DNA of 63,621 bases, counting the filler, from Reclinomonas americana ATCC 50394 (taxonomy: Eukaryota): assembly GCA_048213135.1 (NCBI GenBank). It is 15 parts of 15 records of this genome, joined end to end, with 100 filler letters (N's around TTAATTAATTAA, not from the genome) between each part and the next. Parts side by side here need not be neighbours in the genome. Positions count along the whole stretch, not along the records: positions 10,039 to 15,630 come from AFZH01019333.1; positions 15,731 to 18,388 come from AFZH01019334.1; positions 18,489 to 20,675 come from AFZH01019336.1; positions 20,776 to 24,622 come from AFZH01019339.1; positions 24,723 to 26,769 come from AFZH01019340.1; 10 more parts are not named here. One strand, given 5' to 3'. Of this stretch, positions 13,610 to 24,945 are shown one piece after another. The position numbers were made by a program, and so were the translations under genes. Position 1 is the first letter of the stretch; each line of letters begins with the position of its first letter. Under the pieces are notes generated by a model that had not been told where the DNA came from, did no database searches, and saw only the letters and a list, made by a program, of their open reading frames with translations.

Positions 13610-13800
13610 TCATGATCATCATGCAGCTGTGTTGCTGTTTGGATTAGTAAAGTAGTTGTTGTTGTACACTGTGGCAGCGCAAACACTGCCAAGTGCGTCC
13701 AAACCGTTCGACGTTTAGAAGAAAGAAAAACACTTCATTCACCACATTCCAATAATGCGATAAACGCCCACAAATCCCTTGCCGACAATGACTGAGGCAC
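13610..13800. repeat. Fragment of a dispersed intergenic repeat family
   Basis: The reverse complement of 13610-13665 matches 63470-63520. 13730-13792 matches 24723-24785 (cacttcattcaccacattccaataatgcgataaacgcccacaaatcccttgccgacaatgac). Confidence 0.75.
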
Positions 13801-14056
13801 AAACTACCATAAACTTCTCCAAACAGTTTCACCAACCGCATGCGCATGTTTCGCCTAGTCACGACTTCAACAACTGCAGCTGCCCTCAAATGCATGCTTG
13901 TTGACGATGGTATTGGGTTATTGCAAGCAAGCATGCTCATTTGCAAAACGTGAACTGCACACATCAGAGTCTCCAACGCACAATATCGAACAATCACTTG
14001 TCCCGCACACCGCAAACTGACCGTTTCGCATTGGCTCTTGCTCACGCAAATCAACA

Positions 14057-14888
14057 ATGGCGTCTTCCTCTCGCGCACCACCACCTCCCGCTCGATCATC
14101 ATCAGCAGCCGCAGCCGCAGCAGCAGCAGCGCCAGCAGTGGGCGACGATGAAGGCGACGAGCTGAATGAGAGTCACAAGGATGAGATCAAGATCATTTTG
14201 CTGTTGCGTCAGAGGGAGAGTGAAGGGGAGAGAGGGAGAGAGAGGAGAGAGAGAGGAGGGAGAGGAGAGAGGAGGGGTGAAGGGGAGAGAGTGTGTGTGT
14301 ATGTGTGAGTGTGTGCACGTGCGTGTGTGTGTGCACGTGCGTGTGTGCGTGTGTGTGTGTGAGAGAGAGAGACAAGTGTGAGAGAAAAGAACATGTGAGA
14401 GTGAGCAGAGTGTGCATGTGATTGTGTGTGTGTGTCTCTCTCTGTGTGTGTGCTTGTGTGTGTTTGTGTCTCTGTAAGAGAGTGTAAGAGAGGGACAAGA
14501 GTGTGAAGTGTGTGTAAGAGAGACAAGTATGCGTGAGCGTCTCTGTCTCTCTCTCTCTCTCTGCGAGAGAGTGTGTTTTAGAGGGACAACAGGGTGCTCA
14601 TGCGTGTGAGAGAGACAAGTGTGTGAATGTGTGTGTGTTTTCTCTCTCTCTGTGCGTGTGTGTGTGTGTGTGTGTTTGTGTCTCTGTACGAGAGTGTGTA
14701 AGAGAGGGACAAGAGTAGATGTGTTCGTGTGAGAGAGTGAGACAAGGGTGTGTGAGACAAGTCGGTGAATGTGTGTGCGTGTGTTTCTCTCTCTCTCCCT
14801 CTCTCTCTCTGTCTGTCTCTGTCTGTCTCTCTCTGCGAGAGTGTGTTTGAGAGGGACAACAGGGTGCTCATATGTGTGCGAGAGACAA

Positions 14889-14919
<31 letters not shown>

Positions 14920-17900
14920 CTCTCTCACTCACACGAATTCGCGCACTCTGTGAGAGAGATTGTTTGAGTGCGTGTGAGACAAGTTTGTGAGTGTCATTCT
15001 GTGAATGCGCTTGTGTGTGTATGAACGCGATTATGACTTCTGTCGTGTGTTTTCTCCTTGTCGAGAGTATGTGAGACGAGTGTGTCTGCGAGAGACGGAA
15101 GCACTCAGCTGACCGACCACTCATTCATCCTCGATGACGTCCTCTTTTACTCACTCTGTCACACCCGATTCTTACTTGTCCCTCACTGCCCTTCCCTTCC
15201 CCTGTCTCCTCCCTCCCCGTCTTCCCTTCCCTTTGCCGCTCACCCTCACCACCCACCACAGCGGCGACAGCGCCGTCGGCAAGTCAAAGCTCGTCGAGCG
15301 CTTCCTCATGGACAACTAGTTGCGCCTCTCTCTTTCTCTCTCTCCTGTCCTTGACCTCCTCGCCTCCTCGCGCCTCACTCTCTCCACCGCAGTCAACCAC
15401 AACGGCAATCCACATACGCGCTCACTTTGTTCCAGTACGAGGCCGACATTGATGGAGAGAAAGTACCTGTTGGTGAGCGCGAATGTCCATTCTCCTCTTG
15501 CTTGGAGAGTGTTCCTCTCTTGTTCCCCTTGTGTTCCCCTTGTGTTCCCCTTGTGTCCCCTTGTGTTCCCTTGTGTTCTCCAGTGTGTTCCCCTTGTGTC
15601 CCCTTGTGTTCCCTTGTGTTCTCCTGCGTGNNNNNNNNNNNNNNNNNNNNNNNNNNNNNNNNNNNNNNNNNNNNTTAATTAATTAANNNNNNNNNNNNNN
15701 NNNNNNNNNNNNNNNNNNNNNNNNNNNNNNCCCCTTGTGTTCCCCTTGTGTTCCCCTTGTGTTCCTCTCTTGTTCTCCCTGTATTCCCCTCGTGTTCCTC
15801 TTTTATTTCACCTCGTGTTCCCCTTGTGTTCTCCTTGTGTTCCCCTTGTATCCCCTTGTGTTCCCCTTACAACTTCTGCAATCTTTCTCCAGCGCTTCCC
15901 TTTCTCCCCTTTCCCCGTCATTCTGCTTCCCTCTTCACTCCCCCATGTCTTCCCTCTCCTTCCTCCCTCCTCCCTTTCCCCTTCTCCCTTCTCCCCTTCC
16001 CCCTTCCCCTCATACCCTTCTCACCCTTTCCCCCTTTGCCCCTTCCCCTCCCTCCAGGCATCTGGGACACCGCAGGACAAGAGCGCTTCAACAGCCTCCA
16101 CCCATCCTACTATCACCGCGCCAACGCCTGCATCCTGGTACGCCACCGCCACCCTTCCCTTTCCCCTGCCGCACCCCCTTGCCTCACCACTCCCCCTGTG
16201 CAGGTATTCGACACCACAAGAAAGGTTACCTACAAGAACCTGGACCGGTGGTACGCGGAGCTGCAAGAGTACCGGAAAGCGATTCCGTGTCTCGTGGTGG
16301 CCAATAAGATTGACGGTGAGGGAGGGGATGAAAATCAGAAGGAGATTTTCTCTCATTCCTCTGCTCTGTTCATCTCTGTGTTCGTTTTTTTCAACTACAG
16401 CCGTTCTCACTTCTCCATCTCTCGACTCGCCCTTTCTCGATCTGCTCCATTTTTCTCCTGCACTGCGCAGACGCATGGCTACCTTCTCTCTCGTTTCCCG
16501 CCGTTTGCTTTCCCTCTGTCTCTCTCTCTCTCTCTTTCCCATTTCTCTCCTCTCGCTCTGTCTCTCTCTCATGTCTCTCCTCTCGCTCTGTCTCTCTCTC
16601 ATGTCTCTCCTCTCGCTCTGTCTCTGTTTCTTTCTCTCTCTCCCTTTTCTCTCCCCTCTCTTTCTCTCCTATTTCTCTCCCCTCTCTTTCTCTCCCTTTC
16701 TCTCCTCTCTCTCTCTTTCTTTCTTTCTCTCGTTTTTGCTATTTCTCCCATCTTGCTCTGTCTCTCCTCTCGCTCTGTCTTCGTTCTCTCTCCTCTCTCA
16801 CCCCATTTCTTTCCACTCGCTCTGTCTCTCTTTCTTTCTTTCTTTCTCTCTCACTCTGTGCTCTCGTTTCTGCTAGCTGTGGTACATTTCTTTCTGCTTG
16901 TCGCTCTTCCACTCTCATGTCGTTTAGCTATCTACACTGCCTCTCGTCTCACTCGCCTCTTGCCACCCGCTCTCATTCCTTTTGTTATCCTGGCTGTTTT
17001 TCAATCCTCTCCTCGCTGTGAGTATCCTTCCAGTAATCTTGCATTCTCTCTTTCCCTCTTTCACACTCTGTCTGTCTGCTTTCATTGCACACTCATCGCC
17101 CAAGTTTTCACCTGATCCTCTCCAATCTTCTCTTTTGTCAATTCTCTGCCTCTCCCTCTATAATTCTTCCTCTTGCCATGCATCTCGCTTCCTCTTTTCT
17201 GACTTACTGCATTCATCGCGTGATGATTAGTCTCCAGTTAGGAGCCTTTCATTGTGTAACGAGAGACAGATGGACATACGAGTCATTTCGTTCCCTCAAT
17301 TCCTATTGTCCACTACCCTCGTTATTTGTGTGTTTCTTAGAGAGGGACTCACTGCACCCCAGTGTGTGAGTGGAACAATGTCACCATGTTCCCTCACTTC
17401 ATCAATCGCCTACATCTTTCTCGTTTCTCATGTCTTCTCTTTTCCTTTCCTCTTCCCTCTTTCCCGCCGCTTTCCCTCTCTCACCCCTTCCCCTCTCCCT
17501 CCCCCTTTCCTTCACCTTGTCTTCCCTGTACTATTATGTTCCCTCTCTTCTTTGTATCAGCCGTCCTGCATCCCCAGCCGTTCTCAATTCTCCTCTCTCG
17601 TCACCGCACTTCATTATTGTGATGTCCTTGGCTCTCTCTCTCAAAACTTCTCCCATTTTCCCCTTTTCCTGTCTCCCCTTCCCCCCTTCCCCCTTCCTCA
17701 CCTCCTTCCCCTCCCCCCTCCCCCCAGTCGACTACAGCGTCACCAACAAATCCTTCAACTTCGCCACTAAGCGCAACCTCCCCTTCTACTTTTGCTCGGC
17801 CAGCGACGGCACCAACGTCGTCAAGGTTCTTTCGACTTCCCCTTGCTCACCTTCTGCCCATCCTCCTCCCTTACCTTAATACCTGCAGCTCTTCCATGAC

Positions 17901-17978
17901 GCAATTCGCATGGGATTCGAGGCCAAGAAGAACCCACAAAAGGACTTTTACGACGCGGTACTCGACCTGCTGAGCTAG
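14057..17978 (+). CDS. RABL2: Rab-like GTPase 2 (ciliary)
   Basis: Spliced product reads IKIILL|GDSAVGKSKLVERFLMDNY|QPQRQSTYALTLF...WDTAGQERFNSLHPSYY...YKNLDRWY...VANKID...FCSASDGTNVVK|LF...LDLLS*. It has no CAAX motif and spans the gap at 15631-15730. Confidence 0.9.
15520..15870. repeat. Intronic 11-bp minisatellite (TTCCCCTTGTG)n, interrupted by a gap
   Basis: Directly visible tandem repeat. Confidence 0.85.
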
Positions 17979-18349
17979 AGCCGCTGCAGTGAGGGCAGAG
18001 GAGAGAAAATTCAACGCTGACTGTGCTGCATACATGTACGTCTCGTGAGCAATTGCGCAAGAGTAAGTTCACTGTATCTTCGATCAGTGAGGAGGTGAAA
18101 TTAGTATCAGTCGTTCTGTTGCTGTTTGTGTGTTGATTCACTCATTGCGGTCGAAGCAATGGCTCGTTTTGAGAATACTCAGACAGTACGAGCGAGGCGC
18201 GACAGCAATGTGTTTCTGCACTCGTTTCTCTCCCTCTCTCTTTTTCTTTCACAGACGACGTTTCATGCTTCTTTCATCAACCTCGTCGCCTAACACTGGG
18301 GAAGAGGAGAAGGGTCTCAGTCCTCACTCTCGCACTCTGGGCTAACAGT

Positions 18350-18388
<39 letters not shown>

Positions 18389-20117
18389 NNNNNNNNNNNN
18401 NNNNNNNNNNNNNNNNNNNNNNNNNNNNNNNNTTAATTAATTAANNNNNNNNNNNNNNNNNNNNNNNNNNNNNNNNNNNNNNNNNNNNGAGAGAGAGAGA
18501 GAGAGACAGACAGAGAGAGAGAGAGAGCGCGCGCCAGCGACCTATCGCCCAGGAGCGACAGATCTGCAAGTTGTCTTTCTCGGATTCAATCATGCGGACT
18601 ACCTAGCTTTGTGTTTGCCAGCGGCGCGAGGCTCTTTTCCTATTACTTTCTGAGCGCCTAGCTCTCTCTATCTCTCTCTCTTTATGTGTGTGTGGGTGTA
18701 AGTTTTGTCCTGCTTCTCTTTGTCTCCATCTCTCTGAGAGAGTGACTGAGAGTGAAGAACAGAGGGAGACAGAGAGGGACGAGGGAGATTGAGAGTGGTG
18801 AGCATAGTGAGACTGAGAAAGACAGCCAGAAGGAGATTGAGAGGGAAGAGCACAGGGAGATTGAGAGTGGTGAGCATAGTAAGACTGAGAGAGAGATAGA
18901 GAGAGAATGAGAGGGATGAGCAGAGGGAGACAGAGAGTGGTGAGCTGATTGAGACAGAGATAGACGAGCAGAGGGAGTCTGAGGGAGAGGGGGACAGAGA
19001 GACGAGCAGTGACTCTCTCTGCTTGTCTCTCTCAGTATCCCTCTTCAGTTTTCTCCCAGTCTTCCCCGCCTCGTGTATCACTTTCTCTCTGTCTTGACTC
19101 TCTCTGTTTCCATCAGCTCCTCTCCCTCAGCCTCCCGCTGCTCTCCACTCTCTTCATCTCTCTATCTCTGCCCCCCTCTGCTCGTCACTCTCTGTTCATC
19201 TCCCTATCTCTCCCTTTGCTCAACTCTCTCAATCTTCGTCTGCTCGTCAGTTTCAGTCTCTCTCAGAGACGAGCAGAGGAAGACTGAGAGAGCGCAGAGC
19301 AGAGGGAGAGAGAGAGACGACCAGGGAGATAAAGAAAGAAGCAGGGAGAGAACAAGAGAGACGAGCAGGGAGAAAAAGAAAGACGAGCAGGGAGATAGAG
19401 AGAGACGAGCAGAGAGAGACTGAGCAAGACAACCAGAAGGAGATTGAGAGAAGAGAAGCGGGATATTGAGAGAGAAGAGAAGCGGGAGATTGAGAGGAAC
19501 AAGCAGAGGGAGGCTGAAAGACATGAGCGGGGGGAGACAGAGAGGGACGAGCAGAGGGAGAAAAAGAAAGACGAGCAGGGGGATAGAGAGAGACGAGCCG
19601 AGGGAGAACGAGAGAGGCGAGCAGAGGGAGACTGAGAAAGACAACAAGAAAAAGACTGAGAGGGAAGAGCAGAGGGAGATTGAGAGAACCAGCAGAAAAA
19701 GACTGAGAGGGACTATCAAATGGAACTTGAGAGTAATGAGCAGAGAGAGAGATAGACTGAGAGACATGCGCAGGGGGCGACTGAGAGAGCTGCCTTCCCC
19801 TGCCAGCGTCACTTCTTGTCCCCTCTCTTTCCTCTCCTCCCCCCTCTCCCTTCCCTGATTGAGAGGGACGAGCAAAATTGAGATTGAGAGTGATGAGCAG
19901 AGGGAGACTGACAGAGCTGCCTTCCCCTGCCAGCGTCACTTAATTTCCCCTCTCTCTCCCTTCCCCCGATTGAGAGTGATGAGCAGGGAGAGAGACTGCG
20001 AGAAATGAGCAGAGGGAGACCGACAGAGCTGCCTTCCCCTGCCCTCTCTCCTTTCCTCTCCCCCTCTCTCCCTTCCCCAATTCCCCTTTCCCCTTTCCAC
20101 CCTTCTCCTTGTGGCTC

Positions 20118-20518
20118 ACCTTCATCACCCCACCCTCCACCACCACCACCCCCGCATCATCACCATCACCTCCTTCACCCTCACCCACCGCCGGCAACGT
20201 GTGCGACGCCACCGGCGCTCTACTCCACTGCGCCTCAAACTCCGCTCGCGCACGCTCCCTCCGCTCCATGCGCTCCTCCGCCACCCACTCGTCGCCGCGC
20301 ACCGTGCAATTGTCGCGCTGCCGTTGCACGCGTCTCTGCACGCGCTCGCGCAGCCGCTCACGCATGCGCTCTCGTTTGGAGTACTCGCAGGCCAGGCAGA
20401 AGCAGCAGCAGGTGGGGCCGCAGCCGTGGGCGTTGATAAAGGCACTAAAGTGGGAAGGGGGAAGCGGGAGGGCGTAAGGGAAAGGGAGAGGGGGAGGGTG
20501 AGAGGGAGAGAGTGGGAA

Positions 20519-20565
<47 letters not shown>

Positions 20566-21068
20566 GAAGGAGAGGAGGAGGAGAGAGGAGGAGGAGAGAG
20601 AGAGACGACGAGGACGGAGAGAGAAGAAGAAGAGAGAGAGAGAGAGTAGGTGGTGGAGGAGGGAGGGAGAGGAGGNNNNNNNNNNNNNNNNNNNNNNNNN
20701 NNNNNNNNNNNNNNNNNNNTTAATTAATTAANNNNNNNNNNNNNNNNNNNNNNNNNNNNNNNNNNNNNNNNNNNNTCACTCACTCACTCAAACTCTCACT
20801 CACTCTCTCACTCACTCACTCTCTCTCTCCCTCTCAACTCACCGTCAACCGTGATCGCACATGCGGCGTGCACATTGGGAAGCACAGATGACACCAGCAA
20901 CTGCACACAAACAAACACACATGAGCAACTCACACACACACACACACACACACTCTCTCTTTGTTGTCTCTCACACCTCTCCTCATCATTACAATGGTTC
21001 CACAGACGAAAGGCGCTGCCGGAGACTCGTGCATAGTCGTCGTCTTCGTCGCCATCGTAGAAGCTCAT
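20118..21068 (-). CDS. Cysteine-rich protein, possibly PLAC8-like; partial
   Basis: Spliced MSFYDGDEDDDY...LWNHCNDEE|SCWCHLCFPMCTPH..., then after the gap HGCGPTCCCFCLACEYSKRE. The Cys spacing resembles PLAC8. The 3' end is unresolved. Confidence 0.4.
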
Positions 21069-21395
21069 CAGAGAATGAGAGAGAGACAGACAGCGCAGCG
21101 GACAACTTGTCACAAATCAATTGTCAGATGACTGACTTCACTTTGTCATGACTGCAAAGATGGCTGTTGTTGTTGCAACTAATTGCAAACAAGCAATAGC
21201 TGTCTTGTTGGCCGTACAACAAGACTGCGTGAATGACTTGGAGTGAAGTAGACTTGCTCAAGTTTATCGAGGGCAGGCTCCCGATACCATATTACATCAA
21301 CTCCTGCATTCGGAATTCAAGACGAGAAGCGAGTTGCGACAAACGGTTGTGCATGCTTCTGTCCATTGTTCTCGCGATTGCTTCACTTGCTTTCT

Positions 21396-24218
21396 TCAAA
21401 GTTCCAGCGTATACTGGCCACACGCATCGCGCAGCGCGCGCATCACATCAAGCACCTCCTGTGCCGTTGGTCGTCTCGATTGCAAACTCATGCACCGCAT
21501 GCCGAGTTCGAACATGGGTTCGGCGATGCGCGGCGTCCACTCTGCTCCTCCGTCCACATGCTCCATGACACGCAACGAGGCTGGCGAGTCGTCCCACTCC
21601 ACGGACCAATCCACCACTGTGGCCACAGGCTTGCCGGTGACCAGCTGCAACAGCACAACACCGACGCTGTACACATCGTGTTTGGGTTGTGGACGGCGCA
21701 CGCGCATGGCCAGCGGGTCCATGTAGTCCAGGGTGCCGGCGGCGGTCGTGGACTGGGAGATGAGAGAAGTGAGACAGGGGGAATTGAGAGAGAAGGACTG
21801 AATGGAAACAAACCTTGCCATCGGCAATCGACCGTGCAATGCCAAAGTCACCGAGACATGGCTCCAGTCGGTGATCGAGAAGCACGTTGGAGGGCTTGAT
21901 GTCGCGGTGTACCACCTCGTTCTGCGAGGAGGGGTGAGTGATGCGAGAAATAAGCACAAACACAACAGCGAAAAAGGAGAAAGTGAGAGAGACTTGGAGA
22001 GACACGAACAGCACGAGAGAGACAAGGAGAGAGAGGAGAGAAAAGGGCAAGCACAGAGAGCAAGGGCTATTTAGAGAGAGAACACGTGAGACAGGGAGAG
22101 ACAAGAACAGCGAAAGAGTGACGAGGAGAGAAGAGGAAGAGAGTGCAGAACAGAGAGCTCGGGTGACGGAGAAGGTGAATGGGAGATGGAGGATGGCATC
22201 CGCATCGCACAAACCTTGTGCAGGAATGACACAGCCTCGGCCAGGCCGAGACCAATTTGCACACGCTGCACGACGGAGAGTGGTGCACGACCGGCGCGTG
22301 GCAGCAGCAACAGATCCTCCAGGTTGGGAACTCTGCTTGTTTACAGTGAGCACAAGATGATGTATGAGAAGGAAAGAGACACGAACACGCACTGCAGGGC
22401 CTTGTACACGAGACAGCGTGCCTTGTCGTCGCCCACCGAGTAGCCGACAAGAGGCACAATGCGACGATCACGCAGGCGTCCGAGAGTGGCCACCTGGGAG
22501 ATGGGAAGAAGGATGAGGAGAGAGAGAAGAAACAGGAGAATGGAGAGACACAGACCTCACTCTCAAACGATTCCATGGTCCACGGTGCATCGGGATCGAG
22601 CACCTTGATGGCCACGTGCATCTCGCGAAGCAGAGTAATGAAGACGGCACCCTGGCCACCCTCGCCGACCTTGAGGCGTGGGGAGAATGAGTTGGTGGCT
22701 TGTACGATCTCGGGCCACTCGAAGCGCTGCACGGCGGTGTCGACTGTGGAGAGTGGGTAATGGGAAGAGAGAGATGGGGTGAGAATGAAGGACATGAACA
22801 CCGATATAAAGAAAGAAAGAGGGCAAGACGCACCTTGGGTGAGGAGGAGATCCTGTCGCAGCTGAGAGACGAGTTGATCCTTTTCTTGCAGCTGCGTGGT
22901 GAGGTTGTCCTTGTCACGCAGAGCCGAGGTCAGCTGAGCCTGCAGTTGGCCATGAACTTGCTGCCATTCCGCGTTGGCTTGTTGCAATTGAGCACTCCTC
23001 TGCTGCTCACTGGCATGAGCTTGCTGCGATTCACTGACCGCCTGCTGCAATTGGGCGACCCTGTGCTGGTCCTCAACCTTGGCTCGCTCAAGCTCCGCGT
23101 TGATTCGTTGCAACTGGGCATTTTTCTGCAGCTCCCCGTCCATCCCTCGCTCAAGCTCTGCATTGGCTTGCTGCAGCTGAGCGACGATGTCTTCGTGTTC
23201 TCGTCGCTGCCGGTCCCACTCCCGCTGCTGCTCCTCTCGCTCCTGCTGCGCTACGGCAAAATCGCGCTGGAGTTGCGCAAGAAGTGCGTCCTTGTCGGCG
23301 AGCTGGCGTGCGACGGTGGGATCATCACCAACCGACTGTAATTTACGAGAGTGTGAGGGAGACACGGAACAGATGTGAGAAGTGAGTTTCACGAGAAACA
23401 AGAAGCAGAGAGTGGCAGCACTCTGTCTCACCTGGCGTGCTGGTGCTGCATATTCGCCAGGAACGACACACAATGACAAACCACAGATGGTGGAGCGTGA
23501 GCACGAACACAACATGCCAACACACATACAGAGGTCATACCTGCTGGAGGCGGGGATCGCGCCTGCTGTTGTTGTTGTTGGCGTAGTGGTGCTGGTTGCG
23601 CGGCGAGGCGGTCGAGCAACTCGGCCACTTGCTGCTTGCCTTCGTCGCGAGCAAACTGAGCCGCTGTCTTGCCCTCGCCATTGATCACTGGTATGAGGTC
23701 GGGGAAGCGAGTGGCGAGGAGTTGCACAATGGCTTCGTGGCCTTGCCAGGCAGCCCAATGCAGTGCAGTGGATTGTGGATATTCGGCACGGCCATTGGAG
23801 ACCGCCCGCACCATCTCCGGCGGACATCGTCGCTCATCGGCAAGCAACCACTCCACCACTTGCAGATGCCCATAGGCGGCTGCCACCATCAGTGGCGTCC
23901 CGCCACCGTCGTCGACCATTTGTGCGAGTTGTGGCCCCACGCCACTCTCCTCCCACAAATACTCCAACACAGAGAGATGGCCATAGGCAGCGGCACAGTG
24001 AAATGCCGAGCTGCCATACCCATCCATCTCCTCTCTCTTCAGCAGAGTGTGTGCGCCCTCACGCGCCACCAACTCGCGCAGTGCCTTCACATCGCCCTCA
24101 TCTGCCATCTCCCATGCTTTCTTCCGAGGAGCACTGCCACCAAAGAGGCAAAAAGCAGAAGCGCGAGTGAGAGCGAGAGAGAGAGAACGCCACCTGACAA
24201 CATCACAGCAAACCTCAT
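21396..24218 (-). CDS. Ankyrin repeat / coiled-coil / IRAK-Pelle-RLK-type kinase, copy 5
   Basis: Same 9-exon structure, micro-exon 23432-23445, intact kinase motifs, ends QYTLEL*. Confidence 0.9.
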
Positions 24219-24945
24219 TTTCTTTGAGAGAAAACAACAGCAGCGTGCTCTCTCTCTCTCGCTCTTTCTCACTCACACTCCGTCTCTCTGCCTCGCGCAA
24301 TAACAACAGAACGGATCACAGAACGAAAGCCTTTTTTCCATGTCCTCTTTTGTTGGCGGACAGAGATTGCACATGCGACGTCGTCTTGTTGCTTCCTCAC
24401 TGGCAAGAGAAAGTCGTGGAAATAAACTCTTCCTCCTACACCTCCGCCACAAATCACTGCTCCTCAGCCTCCTCTGTGTACACAGCGAACACGCAAACGT
24501 CGACGTCGACAATGCAAACTCGACGTCGATCTCTTCTCAGGCAGCAAGCCCGCACTCGTCTCTACGTTCATCTTCTCCACTAGGACCCCTACAACCGCAG
24601 CACAACACTCGCAGAAATGCAANNNNNNNNNNNNNNNNNNNNNNNNNNNNNNNNNNNNNNNNNNNNTTAATTAATTAANNNNNNNNNNNNNNNNNNNNNN
24701 NNNNNNNNNNNNNNNNNNNNNNCACTTCATTCACCACATTCCAATAATGCGATAAACGCCCACAAATCCCTTGCCGACAATGACCTTGGCACACCAACAA
24801 TATACAAACACATAATTACTTCTCCAACAGTCATCTTCCCCAATGGTTGAAGGAAAGACAGCGAATAACTAACCTTGCAGACAGCAATCAACCGCTCGCT
24901 CGATACGGATATCGCCTGTGGGTCCACAACAGGCCACGTCCACTC

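Noticed and set aside
15316..15319. Apparent in-frame TAG in RABL2 suggesting stop-codon reassignment
   Set aside because: It is TA|GT at an exon/intron border and splices to TAT (Tyr). TAA, TAG and TGA all serve as normal stops in this window.
15735..17879. Long Leu/Ser/Pro/Phe-rich ORFs (also at 19.2-19.9, 25.9-26.8, 34-35, 37.5-38.6 and 44.1-45.3 kb)
   Set aside because: These are stop-poor polypyrimidine introns read through in frame, not proteins.
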